Assembly (NCBI GenBank): GCA_964540595.1
Contig: CAZINL010000004.1
Coordinates: forward strand, 3,758 to 36,421
Source: an uncultured Clostridia bacterium
GTDB taxonomy: Bacteria; Bacillota; JAAYKD01; CAYOCI01
DNA: 32,664 bases
Reading direction: 5' to 3'
Made by a program: the position numbers and the translations under genes. The notes under the pieces are model-generated. The model ran no database searches and had not been told where the DNA came from. It worked only from the letters and a program-made list of their open reading frames with translations. Of this stretch, positions 1 through 7,442 are shown piece by piece; position 1 is the first letter of the stretch, and each line of letters opens with the position of its first letter.

Positions 1-2
1 TG

Positions 3-881
3 GAGCACTTTCACTCCCTTCAATGGCAGCATCGGTGCATTGATGCTATCTATGGACTGGCTAATATCCACCTGCGTAGAGGTAATCTCAGTCAAGCAGA
101 TCACTATTTCCGTGATGCTTTAGCGATCGACGATGACACACGGAGCGGAAGCCCGAAGACACTATACCGCCTGCGCATTGATTACGCTAACTGCCTGTTA
201 CGCCTTGGCAAACCGAAAGAAGCGCATCGTCTCCTTAATGAGCTATCTGGGTCTACCGCTGACTACAGTGAGCGACTTCATTTCATGCTCAATCTTAGTC
301 GTGCCTGTCAGAATATAGGAGACTGGCAGAAAGCCTCTGAGTATGCTCATGAAGCAAGCCGGCTAGCTCTAGAGCGCGACGATCTCGTTCTTAGGGCAGC
401 GGCACAGGAGTTGGCGGCTAATATTCTCACCGATATGACTGACTATGAAAACGCTGAGTTGGCTCTCGCAGAGGCAGAGATTGCCTATCGGCGATTAGGA
501 CAAAGGCGTGAGTGCAGCCGGGTTGTTGTCCAGAGGGCAAGGCTGGCCATTTGCGCTGGACGTATGGATTATGCGGACACGCTGCTCGCATCGCTTGGCA
601 CGAATCTAGAGCCAGAGGTGTATGCGGATGCGTGCAGGGTGAAGGCAGAGAAGCATCAGAAATTGGGAGAAAACCAATGGGCAATCGAGCGCTTTGACAG
701 TGCTGCCAAGAGCTTTGTAGAGGCAGAGCGCTTTGGCTCGGCAATCGATAGTTGGGGTCAAGCCGCTGAGATTGCTCGCGCGTCTGGGAATATCGCCCTG
801 GCCGCTAACCTTCTGTTTAGGGTCCTGGATACTTACCATATATCAAGAAAGGGGTTGTCATCAGATGAAGTCAGTCCGTAA
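3..881 (+). CDS. Tetratricopeptide (TPR) repeat protein, 5'-partial (N-terminus outside window)
   Basis: Frame 3 is open from the window edge (EHFHSLQWQHRCIDAIYGLANIHLRRGNLSQADHYFRDALAID...) to the stop at 879-881. It shows repeated helical Ala/Leu/Tyr-rich units of about 34 aa (e.g. GDWQKASEYAHEASRLAL, DYENAELALAEAEIAYRRLG). The ATG at 285 in the ORF track is internal. Confidence 0.75.
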   Translation, partial: EHFHSLQWQHRCIDAIYGLANIHLRRGNLSQADHYFRDALAIDDDTRSGSPKTLYRLRIDYANCLLRLGKPKEAHRLLNELSGSTADYSERLHFMLNLSRACQNIGDWQKASEYAHEASRLALERDDLVLRAAAQELAANILTDMTDYENAELALAEAEIAYRRLGQRRECSRVVVQRARLAICAGRMDYADTLLASLGTNLEPEVYADACRVKAEKHQKLGENQWAIERFDSAAKSFVEAERFGSAIDSWGQAAEIARASGNIALAANLLFRVLDTYHISRKGLSSDEVSP

Positions 882-1062
882 ATTCCTCGCCGTTCTCTTA
901 GTCTCCACCGTTGTTATTTCGGGGTGGGCATCTACGACCAGTCTGGCCACACGACCAAGCCATGGCTCATCCATCATCTACCTTGCCGATGGCCTATATG
1001 ATCCCCCGATCCTGCCACCACCAGGTGGCGATACCAACTCCATTCCGAACACTGGCGTATAA
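865..1062 (+). CDS. Small secreted peptide (65 aa), candidate signalling pro-peptide
   Basis: ATG at 865 preceded by AAAGGGG (848-854). It overlaps the TPR gene 3' end by 17 nt. The N-terminus MKSVRK + FLAVLLVSTVVISGWA looks like a Sec signal peptide; the C-terminal part is Pro/Gly-rich. A 22-bp perfect hairpin follows directly. No homology recognised. Confidence 0.45.
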   Translation: MKSVRKFLAVLLVSTVVISGWASTTSLATRPSHGSSIIYLADGLYDPPILPPPGGDTNSIPNTGV

Positions 1063-1116
1063 GCGACAAACGGCCTCCATCTGGCTCAATCACGCCAGAT
1101 GGAGGCCGTTTGTCGC
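1063..1116. terminator. Perfect 22-bp stem hairpin between convergent genes (bidirectional terminator candidate)
   Basis: GCGACAAACGGCCTCCATCTGG (1063-1084), loop CTCAATCACG, CCAGATGGAGGCCGTTTGTCGC (1095-1116), an exact reverse complement. It sits between the + small ORF (stop 1062) and the - adaA gene (stop 1228). No clear U-tract on either side. Confidence 0.65.
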
Positions 1117-1227
1117 TTGCAGATGACTATGCGGAGCAGCAGGCCAGCCTGCTGCTCCGCTCTGTTTCTGATCATTGGGGAGTGGTGCGAGAAACACCTG
1201 AAAGACTCCCCCGCGGCCTGCTGCAGC

Positions 1228-1788
1228 CTAGGTGCCCTGCTGCCGTTGCTGTCTATACTCAGTCGGGGTGGCTCCGAGTTGCTTCTTAAAGCACTCATAG
1301 AAGGTAGATAGACTCCCGAAACCACATGCCAGAGAGATACTCAATGTGCTGGCATCAGTCTCCTCTAGGAGCTGAGTGGCCCTAGCTAAGCGCAGTCGAT
1401 GAAGGTACTCAGTCGGCGTCATATGCAGCTGTTGGCGGAAGAGACGGGTCAGGTGGTTGCGGCTAACCCCCAGTTGCTTGATCGCCAAGGCGAGCTTGCT
1501 GCTGTCGTCAAAGTGCATGTCATAGATCTGTTGCGCCCGATTGAGCAGCTCCATCATCGGTCGATAGTCAAGCAGGTCTGGTCTGCAGCGCTTGCAGGGG
1601 CGTAGCCCATGGGCGTACGCCTCTCCTATCGTCTCGAAGAACTCAGCGTTCTGCCGCAAGGGAGCCTTCGACTTACAGGATGGTCGGCAGAAGACACCCG
1701 TCGTCTTTACTCCATAATAGAATCGTCCGTCATAGGCGTCATCGCATTCGAGCACAGCCCGCCATTTTTCCTGATCGGTAAGCACCAT
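1228..1788 (-). CDS. adaA: Methylphosphotriester-DNA alkyltransferase / AraC-type transcriptional activator (Ada N-terminal half, AdaA-like)
   Basis: Ada zinc-binding cysteine pattern (FCRPSCKSKA ... PCKRCRP) followed by an AraC/XylS HTH (ISLACGFGSLSTFYECFKKQLGATPTEY). AGGAGG lies upstream of the start. Confidence 0.9.
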   Translation of the reverse strand: MVLTDQEKWRAVLECDDAYDGRFYYGVKTTGVFCRPSCKSKAPLRQNAEFFETIGEAYAHGLRPCKRCRPDLLDYRPMMELLNRAQQIYDMHFDDSSKLALAIKQLGVSRNHLTRLFRQQLHMTPTEYLHRLRLARATQLLEETDASTLSISLACGFGSLSTFYECFKKQLGATPTEYRQQRQQGT

Positions 1789-1817
1789 CTCTAGACCGCC
1801 TCCTTAGCTCCCAGCCA

Positions 1818-2420
1818 TCACTCTGTCGATAGTTTCCACAGGTAGATGGAAGCGACGGACCCGTAAGGAGAGTACCTTCGTCTATACTCATCAAACTGCT
1901 CTCTCGTCAGATCATCCAAGCTATACAGGTGCCTCATCCCACGGCGAATAGCCAAGTCGCCCCAACTCACGACATCAGGGCGCTGCAGCGAAGAGATCAG
2001 AAGCATCTCCGCTGTCCAGACGCCGATCCCACGCAAGGAAGAGAGGCGTCTGATCACCTCCGCGTCGGACAACTGATCGAGCTCGGCTAGATCCAGCTTG
2101 CCTTGGGCTACCACCTCGCTGGTTTCCTTAATGTAGCCCGCTTTGCGTGTGGACAGGCCACACTGCTGGATCTCCGCAACGGTGGCCGCAGCGATGGCCG
2201 AAGGGGTGATGGTGGGAAAACGTGCCTGTATTCTCTCCCAGATTGTCGCGGCAGCTTTGGCGGAGACCTGCTGAGCGACGATCGAGTGGATCAGGGCGGT
2301 AAACAGGTCGGGCTGGACCGCTCGCTCGACCCTGCCGATCCGCTCCATGGCAGCTCCGAGTACGCTATCTTGCCCGCGCAGATAATCTATCTCGACTTGT
2401 CCATACTTAAAGACAGCCAT
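1818..2420 (-). CDS. alkA: DNA-3-methyladenine glycosylase II (HhH-GPD superfamily, AlkA-like)
   Basis: HhH-GPD hallmark LRGIGVWTAEMLLI followed by the catalytic Asp context VVSWGDLAIRRG. Overlaps the ogt stop by 14 nt, consistent with one operon. Confidence 0.88.
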   Translation of the reverse strand: MAVFKYGQVEIDYLRGQDSVLGAAMERIGRVERAVQPDLFTALIHSIVAQQVSAKAAATIWERIQARFPTITPSAIAAATVAEIQQCGLSTRKAGYIKETSEVVAQGKLDLAELDQLSDAEVIRRLSSLRGIGVWTAEMLLISSLQRPDVVSWGDLAIRRGMRHLYSLDDLTREQFDEYRRRYSPYGSVASIYLWKLSTE

Positions 2421-2877
2421 GCTGCTTCTCCAGAGCTAGAAGGTGGCCTTTCATGGACAGTCCGCCACGATAGCCCACTAGGCTGCCATCAGCACCGATC
2501 ACTCGATGGCAGGGGATAAAGACCGGGATCGGGTTGCGATTGTTAGCCAGTCCGACCGCTCGGACCGCTTTGGCTCTGCCAATGCTCTGCGCGATCTCCT
2601 TGTAGCTTCTCGTCTCTCCATAGGGAATGGCGCGTAGAGCCTGCCAGACTGCGACCATGAACTCTGTACCCGCAGGTTCCAGGGGGAGTGCGAACTCTTG
2701 GCGCGCTCCTGCAAAGTACTCCTGCAGTTGCCGGTTCGCCTCTTTGAGCAACTGAGTCTCCTTGATGACAGCGCTGGCCGGAACGTCCTCTCTCCGCAGA
2801 TAGAGATGGGTGATTGCACCGCCGTGCTCAGCGATTCCTAGCTCGCCGATCACGGTTGGGTAGATGAACAGATTCAT
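2407..2877 (-). CDS. ogt: Methylated-DNA-[protein]-cysteine S-methyltransferase
   Basis: Active-site motif IPCHRVIG; GETRSYKEIAQSIG and NRNPIPVFIPCHRV are typical of the Ogt/AdaB family. Confidence 0.92.
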   Translation of the reverse strand: MNLFIYPTVIGELGIAEHGGAITHLYLRREDVPASAVIKETQLLKEANRQLQEYFAGARQEFALPLEPAGTEFMVAVWQALRAIPYGETRSYKEIAQSIGRAKAVRAVGLANNRNPIPVFIPCHRVIGADGSLVGYRGGLSMKGHLLALEKQHGCL

Positions 2878-2933
2878 GGTGGTCCTGACCTCCCTTGAGG
2901 GACGCTGATCTGATTCCTAGATACTGCATCCTC

Positions 2934-2963
2934 ATTGTAGCAAAGGGAGCTAATGATTGTCTT
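2934..2963 (-). promoter_or_regulatory. Putative sigma-70-type promoter for ogt-alkA-adaA
   Basis: On the minus strand: -10 TACAAT (2939-2934) and -35-like AAGACA (2963-2958) with an 18-nt spacer, about 55 nt upstream of the ogt ATG. Pattern match only. Confidence 0.25.
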
Positions 2964-3259
2964 TCGGTATTTCACTGTCTAATTTCCGGCACGAGAACGA
3001 ATGAAGCCTATCTCTAGCCCCACTGTGGGAGATCGGCCCCTCTTCCTCACCAGCCCAGGGGTAACAAATTGGCATCGTCGCCCCTAGGGTTTTACAGAAC
3101 GTCAGCGAATTGTGACTACATAGCGGCGTCCCAGATGGCACGTCATAGCTCACCAAATAGTGGGACGAGTCGCAAATGATCTCTCAGCAATGAGACGGCC
3201 TCAGCTGTGTCTGTTGTCCCGCTCGTGACCTCACGTTGGCATTCTCGCGCTAGGGAGGG

Positions 3260-4738
3260 ATGGCTTTGCATTTGGTCGACGAACAGAGCCGACTACAAAT
3301 GGCTCGCTCTTTGATCACGCGTTATGGTCAAGAACACCTGCTTGACCATTTCAATACGCTGAGCGAACATGAGCAAGTTGACCTCATTAAGCAGATCTTA
3401 AGTGTCGACTTTCCGCTAATGAGGCAGTTATATCGGGAGTTGGTGATCAATCGCACGTTAGAGACAGGGGAAAGCCAGATCCTGCCCATGCAGGCTACCT
3501 CCTGGCCTACGATGGCTCACGATCAGCAGGTGAAGCTGCAGGAGCTGGGCTGGCAGCAGCTCAAAGCAGGGAAGGTAGCTGCCTTGATGCTGGCCGGTGG
3601 GCAAGGCAGCCGTCTAGGACATTCGGGTCCAAAAGGGACTTTCAGTATTGGTCTGCCGTCAGCGAAGAGCTTATTTCAGCTGCATGCAGAGCGACTGTTA
3701 GCCCTATCTCGGCTAGTCGGACGATCCATCCCGTGGTACATCATGACTAGCCCGGAAAATCATGATGAAACCATCGCCTTCTTCTCGTCCCACCAGTGTT
3801 TCGGCTACCCGCAGGAAGAGGTCCATTTCTTTACTCAGGGCGAGCTGCCAGCACTTGATGAACAGGGCAAGGTCCTTCTCACCTCGCCAGGGCAGATAAG
3901 CACAGCTCCCGATGGCAACGGAGGCTGCTTCTTGGCCCTCGAGCAGTCAGGCGGAATGGAAAAGTTGCGGCGGCGCGGTGTGGAGTGGATCTATGTCTAT
4001 TACGTCGACAACATATTGGCCAAGGTGGCTGACCCAAGCTTCGTAGGCTTTGCCGAGCACTCACAGCTGCCCATCGCTTGCAAGGTCGTCCCGAAGGTGA
4101 ACGCCAGTGAGAAGGTCGGTGTACTCTGTTACCGCGACGGTAGACCGGATATCGTGGAATACTCGGATATCTCCACGGAGCTGAGTGAGGCGCGTGATCA
4201 GAATGGAGAGCTCCTCTACAATTGGGCCAACACCGGGATGTATCTTTTCCGGCGTTCTTTCTTGGAGCAGTGCGTGAGCATCGAACTGCCTTATCATGTA
4301 GCACACAAGCGTGTGCCCAGCCTCAATGCCAAGGGGCACCTGACGGAGCCGGCCGAACCCAATGCGTACAAGTTTGAGCTGTTTTTGTTCGATATCATGC
4401 GCTGCGCCGCGGACGTTGCCGCCCTTCAGGTGGTTCGTGAAGAGGAGTTTGCACCGGTCAAGAACCGTGAGGGGGACGACAGCCCGGCATCGGCACACCG
4501 ACTGATAATCGATCTGCACCGGAAATGGCTGCGAGACGCCGGTCTGCCCGAAGAGTGTCTCGCGGGTCAGGAGATCGAGATCTCGCCGCTGCTCTCCTAC
4601 GCAGGCGAGGGGCTCCAGGGGGTCATTCATGAGGTCCAGAACCGGACTGCCGGCTCTCACCATGAGAACAACATCTCTTCACACCCAATTGTCTGCTCGA
4701 GTAGTATGGCACAACTCCACTTCCGAAGAAATGGGTGA
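3260..4738 (+). CDS. UDP-N-acetylglucosamine / UDP-sugar pyrophosphorylase, eukaryotic UAP1-like UDPGP family
   Basis: Motifs LAGGQGSRLG, PKGTFSIGLP, IPWYIMTS, APDGNGG, YYVDNILAKVADP and EKVGVLC are characteristic of the UAP1/QRI1-type nucleotidyltransferase family. GGGAGGG RBS before the ATG at 3260. Confidence 0.85.
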   Translation: MALHLVDEQSRLQMARSLITRYGQEHLLDHFNTLSEHEQVDLIKQILSVDFPLMRQLYRELVINRTLETGESQILPMQATSWPTMAHDQQVKLQELGWQQLKAGKVAALMLAGGQGSRLGHSGPKGTFSIGLPSAKSLFQLHAERLLALSRLVGRSIPWYIMTSPENHDETIAFFSSHQCFGYPQEEVHFFTQGELPALDEQGKVLLTSPGQISTAPDGNGGCFLALEQSGGMEKLRRRGVEWIYVYYVDNILAKVADPSFVGFAEHSQLPIACKVVPKVNASEKVGVLCYRDGRPDIVEYSDISTELSEARDQNGELLYNWANTGMYLFRRSFLEQCVSIELPYHVAHKRVPSLNAKGHLTEPAEPNAYKFELFLFDIMRCAADVAALQVVREEEFAPVKNREGDDSPASAHRLIIDLHRKWLRDAGLPEECLAGQEIEISPLLSYAGEGLQGVIHEVQNRTAGSHHENNISSHPIVCSSSMAQLHFRRNG

Positions 4739-5187
4739 TGAACATCTCAGGATACGTCTCAGAGCTACGTCTGCTAGTCGGCCACCGCCCGCTGGTAGTG
4801 GTCGGGGCGACGGTGATCGTCCGCAACGAGCGCGGCGAGATACTCCTGCAGAAACGCTCCGATACCGGTACCTGGGGGCTCCCTGGTGGGGCTATGGAGC
4901 CAGGGGAGAGCTTGGAGCAGACCGCCCGCCGGGAGCTGTGGGAGGAGACGGGCTTAAGCGCGGATCCGTTCCGGCTGGTTGATGTCGTGTCTGGGCCAGA
5001 GCTCTTCTTCTCCTATCCCAATGGTGATCAGGTGCATACCGTGGTCGTGCTGTATGAAGCAATGGCAGTGACAGGTAGTCTCAAGATCAATGACGACGAG
5101 AGCCTCGATCTACGCTACTTCCTCATGGATGCGTTGCCTGAGTTGGAGAGCCGTGCTGCAGCGGTGTTGAGACGGTTGCGTAGTTGA
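4735..5187 (+). CDS. NUDIX hydrolase
   Basis: Nudix box GLPGGAMEPGESLEQTARRELWEETGL. The start overlaps the upstream stop as ATGA (4735-4738). Confidence 0.88.
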   Translation: MMNISGYVSELRLLVGHRPLVVVGATVIVRNERGEILLQKRSDTGTWGLPGGAMEPGESLEQTARRELWEETGLSADPFRLVDVVSGPELFFSYPNGDQVHTVVVLYEAMAVTGSLKINDDESLDLRYFLMDALPELESRAAAVLRRLRS

Positions 5188-5200
5188 GATCGCATTATGA

Positions 5201-5239
5201 ACGAAGGGCAGGGCGTCTTTTATACGCCCTGCCCTTTGT
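5201..5239. repeat. REP-like palindromic hairpin, copy 1 (likely bidirectional terminator)
   Basis: AAGGGCAGGGCGT (5204-5216), loop CTTTTAT, ACGCCCTGCCCTT (5224-5236). It shares the 16-nt arm ACGAAGGGCAGGGCGT with the copy at 21319-21334 and 15/16 nt with the copy at 12865-12880. Lies between convergent genes. Confidence 0.7.
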
Positions 5240-5261
5240 TGCTTTTACTGATCAATCCCCT

Positions 5262-6377
5262 TCATCGATCTTCGCCTTCCGCCAATTTACTATACAGTGC
5301 TTTCAGCGCAGCTCTCCCAATGCCCGGTTTATCGTTCAACACACAAAAGTTGCCGATCTGACTCATGGTCCCAAAGAGCGGTAGACGCTCCAGCACGGTG
5401 CCTTGCAAACACGTTTGCACACTTGCCGCGAAACGGTCAGCATAAATGACCTTGATATCGCGAGTAAAGTAGTCCGTGACCTCGAGCGACAAAGGTTCAG
5501 CAATGCCGCTTTCATTGTGTACACGACCGATCTCAACCTGAGCAGCTACGAGGTACTTTTCTCTTTCATAGATGCTGTCAGCGCGGGATGCGTCCGTGAT
5601 AGCAGCAATCAGCGCTTCGTTCGTGCAATATCGTTGGAGGGCTGTGCCAAACCACTTGCTATAGGGAGCGTACTGTCTGTTGTACAAGAACCACAAGCGC
5701 GCTATACGCTCCAGAATCCTCATGCATACAATCCGCGAACCGAGATCATCGTCACGCGAGGCGCAGCGTTTGACGAAAGCCTGCTCTTCGGCGATTAGGC
5801 TCGATTGAGACGCGATGAGGTACAACCGAACAGGCTCGGGATAATACTGCAATTGGGCACGCAAGTCCTTAACCCCCAGATGGTCGACAAACAACCTGCC
5901 CGATGTCAGGCAGAGCAGTCGGTTTTCCGAAAAGCTCAGCCAGTCAAAGAGATCATAGCCCGACGGAGGGTACGCACCGAGATAGTCTTTGACATAGCCC
6001 TCAACCGTGTGGACAAAAACAAGCGGATTGACCCGTCCACTCGCTATGGCAACAGGATGACGAACCCCGTGATCGTTCTTATCCGGCTCAGAAAAGTTGA
6101 CCGGGTATCCTTGATAGCTATATGGAAAGTTGTTACCGAACACCTCCATGATGTGGTCTTTCAGACGGTAATCATCATTTCTGAGGAACAGGTAAAACCT
6201 TGGCCCCCACATATGGTCGGTGGAAACCGCATCATCATAACCCAAGACATCAGACCCATATCCGATCAGTCCCGATGTATAGACGAGACCAGGGAAATGC
6301 TGATCGATCAGCGGTTTGGCGACATCATTCCAAAATCCCTCGCACAAGTCAAGACCCTTAATGAACTGTTTGTCCAT
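5262..6377 (-). CDS. Uncharacterised protein, DUF4037-like (nucleotidyltransferase-associated family)
   Basis: The N-terminal pattern GLIGYGSDVLGYDDAVSTDHMWGPRFYLFL resembles what I recall of DUF4037 proteins; not verified. ATG 6377 (MDKQF...) is preferred over the TTG at 6392 because AGGGTG lies 6 nt upstream. Confidence 0.55.
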   Translation of the reverse strand: MDKQFIKGLDLCEGFWNDVAKPLIDQHFPGLVYTSGLIGYGSDVLGYDDAVSTDHMWGPRFYLFLRNDDYRLKDHIMEVFGNNFPYSYQGYPVNFSEPDKNDHGVRHPVAIASGRVNPLVFVHTVEGYVKDYLGAYPPSGYDLFDWLSFSENRLLCLTSGRLFVDHLGVKDLRAQLQYYPEPVRLYLIASQSSLIAEEQAFVKRCASRDDDLGSRIVCMRILERIARLWFLYNRQYAPYSKWFGTALQRYCTNEALIAAITDASRADSIYEREKYLVAAQVEIGRVHNESGIAEPLSLEVTDYFTRDIKVIYADRFAASVQTCLQGTVLERLPLFGTMSQIGNFCVLNDKPGIGRAALKALYSKLAEGEDR

Positions 6378-6412
6378 AAACATCACCCTCAAAAACAGTA
6401 ATCAGCGTACCC

Positions 6413-7306
6413 TCATCTTTGCTCCCACCAAGTGGAAGTGGCATACGGCCTAAAGCCGATGCTGTAATAAAACTGCTGTGACGAGCCGACAAATGCCCGC
6501 TTTGCCCCGAGTTCTCCGCAACGCCGAATCGCCTCTAAAACCGCTGCCCGCCCAAGTCCCATCTTGCGGTACGCGGGGTCGGTGGCAACCGGCTCGACCA
6601 ATGCGCTATCGGAGGCATCATCCAGCCACATGCCGCAGTAGGAGACAAAATCTCCGTTTGGCGCCACGACGGCGACCTTCAGATCCAGATTCACGTTCGG
6701 GCGTTTAAACTGGATCTCCCGTTTTGACCGCTCCTCTTCCCTGAACACATAGGGGCCCTCGCCATTGAGCTCATGGTTAAAGCCTTTCCACAGTACTTTC
6801 CCATACTGATACAGATCAAATCGGTCCTTCATGCTGGTGATGCTGAACCCATCCGGCAGTGAGTATGAGATCTGATCCGGATCGATCGGGTAGATGGCAT
6901 CACACTCTCGCTCTTGGGTGGGGATGAGACCGTGCCGCGCTGCGATCTCCTGCAGCATCTCATCGCCATCCAAAATGAGGATGCGGCATCGGCCCTCTTT
7001 CGCCAGCGCCTCCTTGGCATACAAAAGCGCTTCCTCGGCCAAATGCCTATGCGCCTGGTCGAACAAAAGATAGGCACCGCCAAGGATTGTGTCGTAAGTA
7101 GCGGCTGCAACTATCTCACTGTCTTCTTTCCAGAGCCCTATCCTGTCTAGGCCGCTTGGATCAAGATTAATGTGCGTGATCATCCAATCCCAACGGCCAA
7201 AATGGTAGTTGTGGTCATCCAGACGGATGAGGAAAGCGCGGAGCTTATGGTAATCCTCGCCGAATAATGGTTCGGGGATGTAGTTGCGAAAAGCAGCAGT
7301 CATCAT
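6413..7306 (-). CDS. GNAT family N-acetyltransferase (C-terminal acetyltransferase domain, N-terminal uncharacterised domain)
   Basis: Acetyl-CoA-binding motif region VATDPAYRKMGLGRAAVLEAIRRCGELGAKRAFV (Q/RxxGxG/A type). GAGGA RBS upstream of ATGATG. Confidence 0.8.
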   Translation of the reverse strand: MMTAAFRNYIPEPLFGEDYHKLRAFLIRLDDHNYHFGRWDWMITHINLDPSGLDRIGLWKEDSEIVAAATYDTILGGAYLLFDQAHRHLAEEALLYAKEALAKEGRCRILILDGDEMLQEIAARHGLIPTQERECDAIYPIDPDQISYSLPDGFSITSMKDRFDLYQYGKVLWKGFNHELNGEGPYVFREEERSKREIQFKRPNVNLDLKVAVVAPNGDFVSYCGMWLDDASDSALVEPVATDPAYRKMGLGRAAVLEAIRRCGELGAKRAFVGSSQQFYYSIGFRPYATSTWWEQR

Positions 7307-7377
7307 AAATCCTCACTTTCTTGCGCCGACAACCTGTCTAATTCTAGCAAAAGGTATCGTTTTCCTTTACACAATAG

Positions 7378-7405
7378 CACCCACGCGGTTTTGCCCACGT
7401 GGGTG
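7378..7405 (-). terminator. Candidate terminator hairpin after the ABC exporter operon
   Basis: CACCCACG ... CGTGGGTG 8-bp stem with a 12-nt loop, 38 nt downstream of the minus-strand stop at 7443. Weak, with no clean U-tract. Confidence 0.35.
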
Positions 7406-7442
7406 TTATCGAGCGATGCTATGCCTTACTGACTTCGAGCAC

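Noticed and set aside
133-318. 61-aa ORF at the left edge, and ATG 285 as the start of the TPR gene.
   Set aside because: Frame 3 is open from the window edge with continuous TPR-like sequence. The 133-318 ORF is an overlapping alternative frame, and ATG 285 is an internal Met.
2950-3156. 68-aa minus-strand ORF, and a possible structured RNA or riboswitch, in the 380-nt divergent region between ogt and the UAP-like gene.
   Set aside because: The ORF has no RBS and no recognisable motif. I could not find a conserved riboswitch core or a convincing multi-stem structure by eye. The region remains unexplained, but I cannot support a call.
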